From a virus: 44,321 nucleotides of DNA. The notes under the pieces are model-generated. The model was not told the origin of the DNA, ran no database searches, and worked only from the letters and a program-made list of their open reading frames with translations. The DNA lies in UHGV virus genome UHGV-0387474; one strand, 5' to 3'. The position numbers and the translations under genes are program-made. Shown here one piece after another: positions 6,910-16,980 of this stretch (positions within the stretch are counted from its first letter, which is position 1; every line of letters begins with the position of its first letter).

Positions 6910-7695
6910 TTATATTGAATTAGAATCCTCTATGTACCAGATTTGCTGGGCGCCATTATCCTGGCTATGCCAGCAGGCTCCCTCCAGCAGTCCATTCGGT
7001 GTCGGGTCGAAATAGTACCAGTCTCCTGAGCCGTCCTCCGGGTCGCACACGGTGCCATTCCAGCGGTGCCAGCTGGTGCAGGCATAACCATCCTTATTAA
7101 ATAAGTACCAATGGTGATTTATGACACACCACTTATTAGCCGGGTAAGTTCCATCTGGTCTGCGGTACCACCAACCATTATTATCCTTAATCCACCCAGT
7201 ACGCTCCTGCTCAGTCCAGGTTTTCATGAATTGTTCTGGATTTTGGTACAATTTCTTGATACCACTGGTGGAGCTGCCCCAATCAGGAAGTTGAAAATGT
7301 GGCTTGTCCACAGGAGACTTCCAGTTTCCTCCCCATTCAAGACCGATAGATACGCCAATAGCACCTACACGGTTAAAGAAGCCGCCTATTTCGTTATAGG
7401 CTCCAGCGCCATCATTGCGGAATATATCAAAAGCCGTTCCCCATTGATGATAGGAGCTGTAGCTGCTGCCAGGAGCATTAGTTACAATGTTACCCGGTTT
7501 AGTCCTACCCTGAGCGTATAAAGCATCCTGTTCTGCCACGGTCCGCAGTGTCTCACCTATTTTAATTTTTAATCCCTGTTTATTGCATTCGTCCACCAAT
7601 TGACCTGCTAAAAGCTGTAAGCGTGGATGGCATAATGTGATATCTCTCATAATCATCCTCCAATTATGCTGTTTTTCTGCTGCTCTGTAATCCAT
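6910..7695 (-). CDS. Endolysin: peptidase M15 (VanY/L-Ala-D-Glu peptidase-like) catalytic domain + C-terminal CW_binding_1 (choline-binding-type) repeats
   Basis: SYHQWGTAFDI (SxHxxGxAxD) and DKPHFQL zinc-ligand motifs; C-terminal GWIKDNNGWWYRR.../HWYLFNKDGY.../GDWYYFDPTPNG repeats. Confidence 0.85.
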   Translation of the reverse strand: MDYRAAEKQHNWRMIMRDITLCHPRLQLLAGQLVDECNKQGLKIKIGETLRTVAEQDALYAQGRTKPGNIVTNAPGSSYSSYHQWGTAFDIFRNDGAGAYNEIGGFFNRVGAIGVSIGLEWGGNWKSPVDKPHFQLPDWGSSTSGIKKLYQNPEQFMKTWTEQERTGWIKDNNGWWYRRPDGTYPANKWCVINHHWYLFNKDGYACTSWHRWNGTVCDPEDGSGDWYYFDPTPNGLLEGACWHSQDNGAQQIWYIEDSNSI

Positions 7696-7779
7696 CCAAT
7701 TGACACGGCCCGGTTGAGTTCGGAAACCGTTAATGGACCTTTACCATTGTTATATAGCCTTTTTAATGTTGTATACATG

Positions 7780-8193
7780 TTACACCTCCAGCTGACTTAA
7801 AATTATTGCATCCACTGTATCTTGCAATGTCCGCACTGTATCCCGGATATCTGGCCTACGAAGTTTAACAACCATAATGGTATCCTTCACTTCATTGGTT
7901 TCATAATTTGGCTCTTCCTCGGTGCCGGTATTTACTGTTTCGGAAGATATGACATAATCCATTTTCTTTTTCATCTCTATCAGCTGAGTAAATCCGGTTT
8001 TTACTTCCATCGGCTGACCGTCCAGACCAAGTATGTAAATTTTTTCTGTATTTGTTTGACTAAATTCGGCTTCTACAGTTTCAAAACTGTCTAGGCCGGG
8101 AAGAAACGACAGGGTTAGGTAATCGCCGGATTCTTCCACTCCGTTTGTTATTAAGTCGTATTTTGTGTTGTTTGATAGTTTTAATTGGTTCAT
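7780..8193 (-). CDS. Hypothetical late protein (138 aa) between tail fibre genes and endolysin; start revised to internal ATG with AAAGGAG RBS
   Basis: MNQLKLSNNTKYDLITNGVEESGDY...; no TM segment (not a holin). Confidence 0.5.
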   Translation of the reverse strand: MNQLKLSNNTKYDLITNGVEESGDYLTLSFLPGLDSFETVEAEFSQTNTEKIYILGLDGQPMEVKTGFTQLIEMKKKMDYVISSETVNTGTEEEPNYETNEVKDTIMVVKLRRPDIRDTVRTLQDTVDAIILSQLEV

Positions 8194-8453
8194 TTGACTC
8201 CTTTCGTGGATATGGTTTTTATATAGCAAATAGCAATTTAGCAAAAACCAATGCAAAGGTGACTTTAAACGGTGTCAAGAACATTAATGGGTTTACAGCC
8301 GTATATTCCGACCGAACCGACCGGGCATTCCAGCTATATTATGATAACGGTGAGATTGCGTCAATCGCATTTAACAACACCGGTATCTGGTATGATTTTT
8401 ATGACGGTCAAAAATGGAAACAGGTTTGGAAGTTTAATAAGCCATCATAATAA

Positions 8454-9020
8454 TCATTTTGTGCTGAAGGCATATAGGTTCGTAAGGTTTGGAACTTGAC
8501 TGTTATAACCAATAAATCGTACGGTATCACCTTTACGCACAGAAAACCATATAGGCATTGACGAATTGACTGTGACATCATTATTGACCCAAAAAATATT
8601 TATCCCATTTATAAGTACATTACAACCATGAGATGAGCTGTTAAAACCAATGGAACCACAAACTATACAATCCTCTGTAGCTGCCCAACTTGTACCGTTA
8701 GCAAACCCATCTTTAATTTTTTTGCTGGTGTCTATGTATGGTAAATTGCTATTTGCAGTAGCAATATCATCCGTATTTTTTGTGATTGCTTGCTGCATCG
8801 AATAGACCAGCGAAGATGACGGAACTGTGGTTTGTGAATTTGTTTGAACGGTTGAAATTAATGCTTTTAGTGTATCAATTATTTCATTAGCTTTTTCAAC
8901 AGTTTCTTCCAGTTTATTTTCTGTTTTATTAAGATGTTCAGCATCAATATCCGGTTCAGAATTATTTACATAATTAGTTGGATTATAGTTGTCCATTTTT
9001 TCTAAATCATTTATTGCCAT
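8454..9020 (-). CDS. Putative tail fibre/receptor-binding protein (188 aa)
   Basis: Coiled-coil N-terminus, beta-rich C-terminus; position at distal end of tail module. Confidence 0.45.
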   Translation of the reverse strand: MAINDLEKMDNYNPTNYVNNSEPDIDAEHLNKTENKLEETVEKANEIIDTLKALISTVQTNSQTTVPSSSLVYSMQQAITKNTDDIATANSNLPYIDTSKKIKDGFANGTSWAATEDCIVCGSIGFNSSSHGCNVLINGINIFWVNNDVTVNSSMPIWFSVRKGDTVRFIGYNSQVPNLTNLYAFSTK

Positions 9021-9029
9021 GCTCTCCTC

Positions 9030-9965
9030 CTATATGCTGCATTTTAATTCCCTTAATGTCATATTGACAACTGATGTACTTGCTGTAGTGCGCATAAAAA
9101 GTGATATATATATAAATCGTGTTCCAGTAATATTGGATACATCAAAACTATTCGTTTTTAAATTGCCTGATGTATTTGGTATTTCTCTCCTCCAATAATC
9201 TCCTAGTCCATCATTATAATCCTTTCCAGAGCCACTAGAATCTCTCATATATATATAATCACTAACATATCCAGTAGCCAGCACCATTTCACAACCACCA
9301 GATGCATTGGCGAGGGAATATTTTAACGTTATTCGATTGATATTATCAAAATTGAGAGGAACATTAAATACAATTGCTGTTGTTACATAATCTGTGCTAA
9401 GGGGATTCTCAAGATGAATGTTATCCCGCCCAAATGTCACGTCCCCTTTGTAGTACGCTCCTCCTTTGCGCCCAAAGGAAGGAAACGAGCTTATTGATTG
9501 TCCTGGAGCAAACACACCATTGTAATATGGCGTATATGGGTCGTCATTTTCATATCCTTCGTAAGTTCCTACAATAGTTGTATCTCCTACCCTAATGACT
9601 ACATTCTTTTTTATATTTGATGCAATAAGATTCGGTAGTCTTTCAACAAAAACATCGCCTGACATATATTTACCAGCTGTATCTACTGTTTGCAAATCCG
9701 CGCTTGGAACAACGTACTGATTACCTAGTGTAGGTATATTTTGTGTTACTGTACTACCAGCTTCATAAAACCCTTCTCCTAAAGATAACGTCTGATTTAA
9801 TTGTAGTTCATGCTTTTCAGGTTGTATAATCGGCATTGTTCCAATTTGTTCATCATCGCTTCCACGACCTAAAAATATTTTTCCTGCCTTTACGCTCGAT
9901 TGAAGGGCAGTTAAATCACTTGTATCTGCATTAGCTCCATTCTTTTTAATTATGCAATCAGCCAT
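9030..9965 (-). CDS. Tail fibre-like protein, long paralogue (311 aa)
   Basis: N-terminal ~130 aa paralogous to 9968..10372 (MADCI.../GTMP/IPTLGNQYV.PS/KYMSGDVF). Confidence 0.5.
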   Translation of the reverse strand: MADCIIKKNGANADTSDLTALQSSVKAGKIFLGRGSDDEQIGTMPIIQPEKHELQLNQTLSLGEGFYEAGSTVTQNIPTLGNQYVVPSADLQTVDTAGKYMSGDVFVERLPNLIASNIKKNVVIRVGDTTIVGTYEGYENDDPYTPYYNGVFAPGQSISSFPSFGRKGGAYYKGDVTFGRDNIHLENPLSTDYVTTAIVFNVPLNFDNINRITLKYSLANASGGCEMVLATGYVSDYIYMRDSSGSGKDYNDGLGDYWRREIPNTSGNLKTNSFDVSNITGTRFIYISLFMRTTASTSVVNMTLRELKCSI

Positions 9966-9967
9966 TT

Positions 9968-10372
9968 TTAATCAACCAATCCCTCAAATGTCCCAATATA
10001 TGGACCTATTTTAACTCCCTTTTTTATCACAGCGCTTGAAATCCCCGATATACCACCAATAAAAACATTGCCGGTCATATATGTTCCTTTAACTCCAGCC
10101 GTTGTTCCATTGATGGAAGGGTCAACGTATTGTGCTCCCAATGTTGGAATATCTTGTTTTAATGTTATTGAAACAAAATACCCTTCTGGAATAGAAAACT
10201 TTCCGTTAATGGGAAAATCATGTTCCACATTGTAATAAGTAGGCATAGTTCCTTCTTGTGTATTTTCTGTTCCTGCACCAATAAAAGTTTGTCCATATTT
10301 GACATCTTCTGGTTTTGCAGTGAGATAATCATTATTAAACATACCGCCGTTATATAGTATACATTCTGCCAT
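9968..10372 (-). CDS. Tail fibre-like protein, short paralogue (134 aa)
   Basis: MAECILYNGG...GTMPTYY...IPTLGAQYVDPS...TYMTGNVF; tandem duplicate of N-domain of 9030..9965. Confidence 0.5.
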   Translation of the reverse strand: MAECILYNGGMFNNDYLTAKPEDVKYGQTFIGAGTENTQEGTMPTYYNVEHDFPINGKFSIPEGYFVSITLKQDIPTLGAQYVDPSINGTTAGVKGTYMTGNVFIGGISGISSAVIKKGVKIGPYIGTFEGLVD

Positions 10373-10373
10373 A

Positions 10374-10850
10374 CTAGTTTCCCGCCCCTTTTACAAGAAT
10401 TTGAAAATCAGTTGATGGCTTAGAGCCATAGCAATATAATGTGACAATTCCATTTCCGCTCTCAGCACTATCGACATATCCAAAAGCCTTTTTTCTCTCT
10501 CTGGCTACGCTTGCGCTTGGTTTATCCCCTAAATATGGACCACCAATAATAAGCCCAATGTCCTCTTTAGCTCCCGGGACACCAACTGTCTGTGAATAGG
10601 GGACAGATGTGCTCCAATTTGCCGAAGGAACCATAATTTTTTTTATACCTTTGATATCTTGGATTTCTGAGTTGTTTTGTAATACAGCCTTATTGGTTTC
10701 GTTAATGTCATCAGCCGAAAAAATGTCTCCTATTTCCTGATACTCTGTTTTATCTTCAAGCGTTGTTAGGCCGGTTGACGTATCTGTGGTCATCTTATAT
10801 TTTCGTAATCCAGAAAATTTGTCATTTTTAAAATTTGTTTTTAAATTCAT
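10374..10850 (-). CDS. Tail/baseplate structural protein (158 aa)
   Basis: Tightly packed in distal tail module. Confidence 0.4.
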   Translation of the reverse strand: MNLKTNFKNDKFSGLRKYKMTTDTSTGLTTLEDKTEYQEIGDIFSADDINETNKAVLQNNSEIQDIKGIKKIMVPSANWSTSVPYSQTVGVPGAKEDIGLIIGGPYLGDKPSASVARERKKAFGYVDSAESGNGIVTLYCYGSKPSTDFQILVKGAGN

Positions 10851-11287
10851 AGCTTAATACCTCTATTTCCTATAACTTTGGTTCCCAATTTAAACGACAA
10901 ATATTGTGGACCCGGATATGACTTTTCAATCAAATTACCTAAATCATAAATGATTTTTTCTATGGCATTGGCTTGATAAATTGATGTGTACGTTATCTTA
11001 TCTGGGGTAAGTGGAGTGCTATCGCCTGTATAGTACGCATTTCTTATTGCAACTATATTTTTTCTTAGACGTTCCATTTCTTTATCCGTCCTATGGTCCT
11101 CCGGTTTCCAATTTAGCTTGTTGTTTGTTATATTTCTATATCCATACTGGTTGAGAACGTAAGATACCCATTTAATCGCCTGTTCGATTCGGTTGAGGTC
11201 TTTATAATCAATGTAGGATTTGTCGGTCAATTCTATTATGTCTGTCTGTGTACGGTCAAAAATAAGGGATTCTAAATACTTACTCAT
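10847..11287 (-). CDS. Tail/baseplate structural protein (146 aa)
   Basis: ATGA-type overlap with neighbours in tail module. Confidence 0.4.
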   Translation of the reverse strand: MSKYLESLIFDRTQTDIIELTDKSYIDYKDLNRIEQAIKWVSYVLNQYGYRNITNNKLNWKPEDHRTDKEMERLRKNIVAIRNAYYTGDSTPLTPDKITYTSIYQANAIEKIIYDLGNLIEKSYPGPQYLSFKLGTKVIGNRGIKL

Positions 11288-13073
11288 GTATTTTTACCTC
11301 TGCCTTAATTTCGTTTGGAGAAAAGCTATAATTGTAGCTCTCAATGATACCGGTGCGGTATCCATCGTAATCTGTATCAATCTTAACTTTCTGTCCCAAT
11401 TTTTTGTTTCCAATAAGTACATCTCCCACAACATTTTCTGCTCGCTGATAATATGCATATACACGTTCAAGCACTTGCTGAGCATTACCATTGTGTACCA
11501 ACGTTGCATCTGTTACTTCGCGAATATTTTTGTTAAACACAATATCGGGATTCTCTTTAAGTATTGATGTGGTAAGATGGTTGTATTTCTTTCCGGTTAG
11601 TATTACATTTGCACCGGTTCCGGTTATGTAAGCATAGTTATCACCAAACTGACCAATGGTTCCGCCAGTTATCTCCAGACTATGATAAGGCTCACTAAAA
11701 ATAACCTCTGCTGTTCCATTCAAAGTATCATTATATAGTTCTTGTGCCTCATCCGATTTTTGATATGTATGAACTGTTAGCCGGATTCCAGTGACAATAT
11801 CAGAATGCTCCAATGTAACCCCAGAAAATACTTCATCATTCAAAAATTCACCACTCAAAGCATTTTCTTGCGGATAGATAACAATTCCATCGTAATTGCT
11901 TGTATCTGCAATAGCTCCAATAGCAAAGCATATGTATACTAATGCGTTTCTCTTTGTGGTATATGGTATGTATCCATAAAGAGGAATATCTGAAAATGAT
12001 TCATCCAACAAATAATTAAAATCTTCATTCTCAAATATTTTCTCTAATACTTCAGAAACCGGCTGGCCTGTATATATTCCTCCAGCGAATTCATTGCCAT
12101 CCAATACGCCCACTGCATCATGCGCGTCCATATGGTAATCCGTTTTGTTTTTCCTGGCACCGTTTTTAAGATAAAAATTTCCTATAAGCTCACCGTTGAA
12201 ATATAAAGTAAGTTTCTGCTTTTTCTGTAAATCAAACGGTATATTGGATGTTGTCCTTACCGTGAAATTCAATGTGTTAATACTTATGCTTTCTGATATT
12301 GCATTGATTTCTTGCAAACAGTTTCTTTCTAATAATTCGTTGTCCAGAAAATCACGGTATATTCCATAATCTATTCTGGTAACAAATACTGGCCTTATGG
12401 GGTTTGATGTCTGCAAAAACGTTATTTCCAGTTTGTTATATCCTCTCACATAATTATTACAAAAATATCTGACTGAATCCGGGGAAAACTCCATATCTGA
12501 CAAGAGGTTATTATCCGCGTACCACTTTACTCTCATTCGTGTACAATAATCTCCAGACATCATATTAAAAGTAAAGAGCAATCCTACACTGGTGAATTTT
12601 TGATTAAAGGTTACTGTAAGCATGGGGGATTCAATTATCTTTTCAGTTGTTGATTTAGGATATAAAAACATTCCTGGATGCAAACCTATTTGGGGCTTAA
12701 GTCCTTGTATTTGCTTAACATATCCGAACAATCCTTGTTCATTTGATACTTCTGGGCTTATATATCCATACGGGAGTGGATTATCTGGAAAATTGATATA
12801 CTTTCCATTCAACAGAGAAAACCGTGGAAAGCATAGAGCATATCCGGGATAAGAAATATCATCTCGCTTTAATTCTGGAAATTCCTGCTCTATTATTGTC
12901 CCATGCGGATGTAAACCAGGGCCTGGATGAAGCCCTATTCTCGGTCTTAATCCAGGTCTTGTAATGGATGCTGTACTATTTTCTTTGGCATAAGGGGCCA
13001 AGTCATCATAAACAATCTTTAATCCCTCAGTATTCTGTTCTGCATCAGATAATATGGATTGCTTTAAAAACAC
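11280..13073 (-). CDS. Large tail tip protein (Tal-like), ~598 aa; start revised to GTG with AGAGGAGG RBS one nt after upstream stop
   Basis: Follows TMP and Dit-like ORF; contains internal motif repeats GLRPRIGLHPGPGLHP / GLKPQIGLHPG. Confidence 0.55.
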   Translation of the reverse strand: MFLKQSILSDAEQNTEGLKIVYDDLAPYAKENSTASITRPGLRPRIGLHPGPGLHPHGTIIEQEFPELKRDDISYPGYALCFPRFSLLNGKYINFPDNPLPYGYISPEVSNEQGLFGYVKQIQGLKPQIGLHPGMFLYPKSTTEKIIESPMLTVTFNQKFTSVGLLFTFNMMSGDYCTRMRVKWYADNNLLSDMEFSPDSVRYFCNNYVRGYNKLEITFLQTSNPIRPVFVTRIDYGIYRDFLDNELLERNCLQEINAISESISINTLNFTVRTTSNIPFDLQKKQKLTLYFNGELIGNFYLKNGARKNKTDYHMDAHDAVGVLDGNEFAGGIYTGQPVSEVLEKIFENEDFNYLLDESFSDIPLYGYIPYTTKRNALVYICFAIGAIADTSNYDGIVIYPQENALSGEFLNDEVFSGVTLEHSDIVTGIRLTVHTYQKSDEAQELYNDTLNGTAEVIFSEPYHSLEITGGTIGQFGDNYAYITGTGANVILTGKKYNHLTTSILKENPDIVFNKNIREVTDATLVHNGNAQQVLERVYAYYQRAENVVGDVLIGNKKLGQKVKIDTDYDGYRTGIIESYNYSFSPNEIKAEVKIHE

Positions 13074-13074
13074 A

Positions 13075-13485
13075 TCACGGCCTCCTCTGCGGCTCCATAG
13101 CGGTAAAGGTAATGGATAACCCGGTCCAATGGTTACGCTCACCTTCTTTTCCGTTCTTGTTTATTTTTAAATCATCATCCCCGCTTGTTATGTATGCCTC
13201 AAACTCTTTGGTTTCCTGTCCATAAGGAAATACCATATCGTGAGACTCAACCGGAGCAGATATGATTTCATAAAACGTATCATAGTCAGCCGGATTACTT
13301 CTTTCCGCATCAATATCAAGCGTATAATTATAAAATGTACCAATGATATCCCGGTGCATCCGGTAAGACTGCAAACGTCCAGAATTTTCACTATCTGCGA
13401 CCGAAAAATTCCGTTTTAAGGATTTTACCCATAGGCGGAGATTAACTCCGTCTATGGTAAATACTCCGTTCCCATTCTGTGCCAT
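13075..13485 (-). CDS. Distal tail protein-like (136 aa)
   Basis: Immediately downstream of tape measure gene. Confidence 0.4.
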   Translation of the reverse strand: MAQNGNGVFTIDGVNLRLWVKSLKRNFSVADSENSGRLQSYRMHRDIIGTFYNYTLDIDAERSNPADYDTFYEIISAPVESHDMVFPYGQETKEFEAYITSGDDDLKINKNGKEGERNHWTGLSITFTAMEPQRRP

Positions 13486-15941
13486 TATACGCTGCCCTCC
13501 GTCACCATTCTTACACCTACACGATTCTTTTCGTTGTTTCCGAATTTGACTACAAGCTGACCAAATCTTGTACCATCAAGTATTAGCTCTGCTTTAGCAA
13601 TCTGGTTTCCGCTTGATATATTGCTTTCTGCCAGTGCTTCCTTAAGAGCTTGCTTCATAGTTGATAGCGGAGACACTACTTCCGTTTCACGGTTGTTATC
13701 TCCCAGGATAGCAGCAAACATTCCGGCCCGTGGTGGCACTACTGTACCAGTTGCAAGCATTGGCATTTTATATGGGACTGCTGCATAGGCAGACATGGGG
13801 TAGGCACTTCTTCCTCCATACCCACCAGAATATCCGGCAGATGCAGCACGCTTACCAGCATTAATTGCTATTGTAGCAGCAGCTATTCCAGCAGCTAATG
13901 AAGCAGCTACAACACCAGCGCCTACACCACCAGCCAAAGCGCCCAAAGCAACCGCCAAGATTCCTACTGCTGAAGCCGCTGCCAGTATACTTGCTATGAC
14001 TTTTTCTGTTGGGGACATGTTGTTCCAGTTTTTGGCCAATACAGCAATCAGCGATATTATGCCTGATATAGCAAGGACAAGTGGATTTATATTTGATACA
14101 GTTCTTGCTAAAAGTGAAATAACACGTTCTCCAATTGCTAAAAATCCTCCAAGATTGTTTATTAATTGTCCTATTCCCAATACAAATTCTGAAAACTTCC
14201 ACGCTGCAAAAAATGCCAGCACTGCAAGTGTAATATTTTCCACCAATGTCTGGTTTTGACTTACCCAATCTGAAAATTTAGTCAACCATTCTACGACTTT
14301 TTCTAATGCAGCTATGATAACTGCCCCGGTCCACTCTCCTAATGGCTGTAAAAATTCTTCCCATAACCATATTCCCAATGGCTTCAGTGCATCAATCACA
14401 CTATGTATTGCTTTCAGGGCTGCTGCAATTAAATCAAATACAGTTGGCAACGCTTGCTCTACTCCCCATTTTGCGATTGGAAGTAGTACATTGTTAAGAA
14501 ACCACAATATCAAGTTTCCAACATCTGATACAATAGGTTTTACAGCAATCAAAATCCTGTCAAAGCTTTCCAGCAAAGGTGAAAAATCCAAATCCGCAGA
14601 CCATTCTTTTAAACTTTCTGATGCTTGACGGAAAAATCCTGTTATTTCAAGAATAATATCCCCAAGGTGCCTTAAAATGTTTGTTCCAGTATCGCCAGAT
14701 ACCCACGCCTTATCAAAGTTTGTAACTAGATTACCAACTGTATCAACCAGATTTGCAAAAGTAATTAGTAAATCATCCGTGATTGCTTTCCCATATCCTT
14801 CTACATTCCACACCTGCATAAACGATGCGCCTACATCACTTGCAAGCTGTTTAATAGCAGAAAATGTATTTTGCAACGAACTCATTACCTGTGGGCCATT
14901 TTCAAGCCATGATTCTTTAAGCGGGTCGAACAGTTTCCCAAGCGTATTCTTTATAGCCTCTGCCTGTAGCTTAATATCATTGGATACTTCTTCCGTGGTA
15001 AACATATCCTCTGGTTTAAGCTCGTTCTTATCTTCGCTTTTTTTCTTTCCAGTTGTAATCTGTATCAGCTTATCAAATGGCGCTAATGCTTTTTCTGTTT
15101 CTTTGGCTGCATCTTTGGTTTCATCCTTCGTCTTGTCCAGGCTATCAGCATAATCTTGCTGTACCTTAACCGCTTTAACAAATGTATCCTTTCCGGTTAA
15201 TGCTGCCAGCAGTTGCGCTGTCCAGGTGACTGCCTGGGATAGCAAATTGATGAACTGTGCCAGGGCCGGGGCTGCATACTCAACCAACGGGGAAAAGGCT
15301 GTAGCAAAAGAATTTTTAAGCTGAGTCATACTGGACATGAGCATGGATAACGCTTTATTGGTATCATCCGAATACTGGGCCAGGTTATCCATACCTTCTT
15401 TTAATCCGCTTGTTACTGCGGAAATGGAGCGGAATACAGTGCTAAATAAGATAGATGTTGCAAGCATTCGGCCCAACCCCATTCGTGCACCGCGGGATGC
15501 TTTCTCAGTACCTTTTAAAGATTTATTGAGTTTACTTCCACTTTTGCTTGCTTTCTTTTGTTCATTATCAACACCGAGCAATTTTTTCTTATAATCCTGC
15601 ATTGCTTTTTTCGCCCGCTGCAATCCTGCTAATGCCTTGTCATATGGCGCATCGCCAAGTCCATAACCAGCCTTTTCAGCGTAATACAATGCATCTTTAT
15701 ATCGGTCCACCTCATCTTGCAAATTGCGTACACTTGGAGCAAGACTTTGTATGGATTTAGAAGCAGATGAAAATGTATGTTTCATAATGCCTGGAATATC
15801 CTTAAAAGCCTGAGGTAGCAATTTTATATAATCCATTGTGCCGGATAGCGTTCTTTTGATATCTTCGCTTCCTGTTTTTGCACCATCCGTTTTGATTTTA
15901 GTATCTATTAATACAGTTCCATCAGGTTGCAAAGATATCAC
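13485..15941 (-). CDS. Tail tape measure protein (818 aa)
   Basis: Length, helical/coiled-coil composition, hydrophobic Gly/Ala-rich segment near C-terminus, position after chaperone pair. Confidence 0.8.
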   Translation of the reverse strand: MISLQPDGTVLIDTKIKTDGAKTGSEDIKRTLSGTMDYIKLLPQAFKDIPGIMKHTFSSASKSIQSLAPSVRNLQDEVDRYKDALYYAEKAGYGLGDAPYDKALAGLQRAKKAMQDYKKKLLGVDNEQKKASKSGSKLNKSLKGTEKASRGARMGLGRMLATSILFSTVFRSISAVTSGLKEGMDNLAQYSDDTNKALSMLMSSMTQLKNSFATAFSPLVEYAAPALAQFINLLSQAVTWTAQLLAALTGKDTFVKAVKVQQDYADSLDKTKDETKDAAKETEKALAPFDKLIQITTGKKKSEDKNELKPEDMFTTEEVSNDIKLQAEAIKNTLGKLFDPLKESWLENGPQVMSSLQNTFSAIKQLASDVGASFMQVWNVEGYGKAITDDLLITFANLVDTVGNLVTNFDKAWVSGDTGTNILRHLGDIILEITGFFRQASESLKEWSADLDFSPLLESFDRILIAVKPIVSDVGNLILWFLNNVLLPIAKWGVEQALPTVFDLIAAALKAIHSVIDALKPLGIWLWEEFLQPLGEWTGAVIIAALEKVVEWLTKFSDWVSQNQTLVENITLAVLAFFAAWKFSEFVLGIGQLINNLGGFLAIGERVISLLARTVSNINPLVLAISGIISLIAVLAKNWNNMSPTEKVIASILAAASAVGILAVALGALAGGVGAGVVAASLAAGIAAATIAINAGKRAASAGYSGGYGGRSAYPMSAYAAVPYKMPMLATGTVVPPRAGMFAAILGDNNRETEVVSPLSTMKQALKEALAESNISSGNQIAKAELILDGTRFGQLVVKFGNNEKNRVGVRMVTEGSV

Positions 15942-15942
15942 C

Positions 15943-16500
15943 TCACTTTAGCAACTCTGCAAAATAATCAAATTCTTCTTTAGATTTGTCAGTGGATTTT
16001 TCAAGTTCACATAGCTTTTTATTGTTCTGTAAAAACTCCTGCTCCCACTTTTCTAAGCGCTTCCCTTTTGACAGTTTCTGCCGGATAGAAAGGACCTGAG
16101 AAAACAATCCGTCCCCAATTTCCATGAACCATCCGTAGAAAGTCCACCAGTGGATGATTTTGCACCCTCGTGTCTCAAATCCAGCAATCCGGTTTACTGC
16201 CGGAAAAATAATTCCTGCGTCCTGTTCCCAGTCAATTACGCGCGGTGATGGAGTATCTTCATGCACCACACCACAGTCGATAAACCATAATGCTTTTTCT
16301 GCCGCTTCTGTTAAATCCTGCGGAGGCGGGATAACGGGCCAGTAAAGAATTTCAAGCATTGCTTGTGTTTTCTCTGGGTCAGACAATTCTTCATCCGCAA
16401 AGGCTGATAAAATATCTAATATTGCCCGGAAGTCCTCACGAATTTCATAATTTACCCCATTAACAGAGAGAGAATATGGGAGGGACCACGCTGCACTCAT
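15943..16500 (-). CDS. Tail assembly chaperone (Gp15-like)
   Basis: Between major tail and TMP genes, ATGA overlap with upstream chaperone ORF. Confidence 0.5.
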   Translation of the reverse strand: MSAAWSLPYSLSVNGVNYEIREDFRAILDILSAFADEELSDPEKTQAMLEILYWPVIPPPQDLTEAAEKALWFIDCGVVHEDTPSPRVIDWEQDAGIIFPAVNRIAGFETRGCKIIHWWTFYGWFMEIGDGLFSQVLSIRQKLSKGKRLEKWEQEFLQNNKKLCELEKSTDKSKEEFDYFAELLK

Positions 16501-16967
16501 TTAACAGGAAATGGATATTTTCCAGGACCAGCATTATACTGTTGTGTATATTTCCCGGCTTTACTTTCCATTTCCGTTAAATTTTTACCCGTTTCCTGCT
16601 CTATAATTTTTTTAACGCTCTCAAGTATCACCAGCGCCCAAGGGTCGCCATTTTCCATAGGGGTAAATGGACTGGCGATTTTGAAGAAGCCAGAAGTGTC
16701 TGCGTTAAATAGATAATCAAATTTTTCCTGAAGCGACTTTGCATATTTATTAATTATCTCTAACGACATTTCTTCCTTCTTCTTGTTATCAAGAGTTGTT
16801 TTTAATTCCATCCACATATCCTCGAATGCTTTATACACATTCTGCTGCCGCTCGAATATGTCAAGGTCGGTTGGAACAAATTTGAAAGTTGCCAGCACAT
16901 CTCCATGCTGGTCCGTAAAATCGTAGTATTTAACTGGGCTTTCAATATTTATTGGAATATTAGGCAT
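16497..16967 (-). CDS. Tail assembly chaperone
   Basis: Position between major tail protein and TMP. Confidence 0.5.
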   Translation of the reverse strand: MPNIPINIESPVKYYDFTDQHGDVLATFKFVPTDLDIFERQQNVYKAFEDMWMELKTTLDNKKKEEMSLEIINKYAKSLQEKFDYLFNADTSGFFKIASPFTPMENGDPWALVILESVKKIIEQETGKNLTEMESKAGKYTQQYNAGPGKYPFPVK

Positions 16968-16980
16968 AATTTATCCTCCT

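Noticed and set aside
7111-7521. Plus-strand ORF inside the endolysin gene
   Set aside because: It is antisense to a well-supported M15/CW_binding_1 endolysin.
13861-15153. ORFs 13861..14268(-), 13996..14259(+), 14314..14628(+), 14677..15153(+) inside the tape measure gene
   Set aside because: They are alternate-frame or antisense ORFs within an 818-aa TMP coding region and are Cys/Ser-rich artefacts of codon composition.
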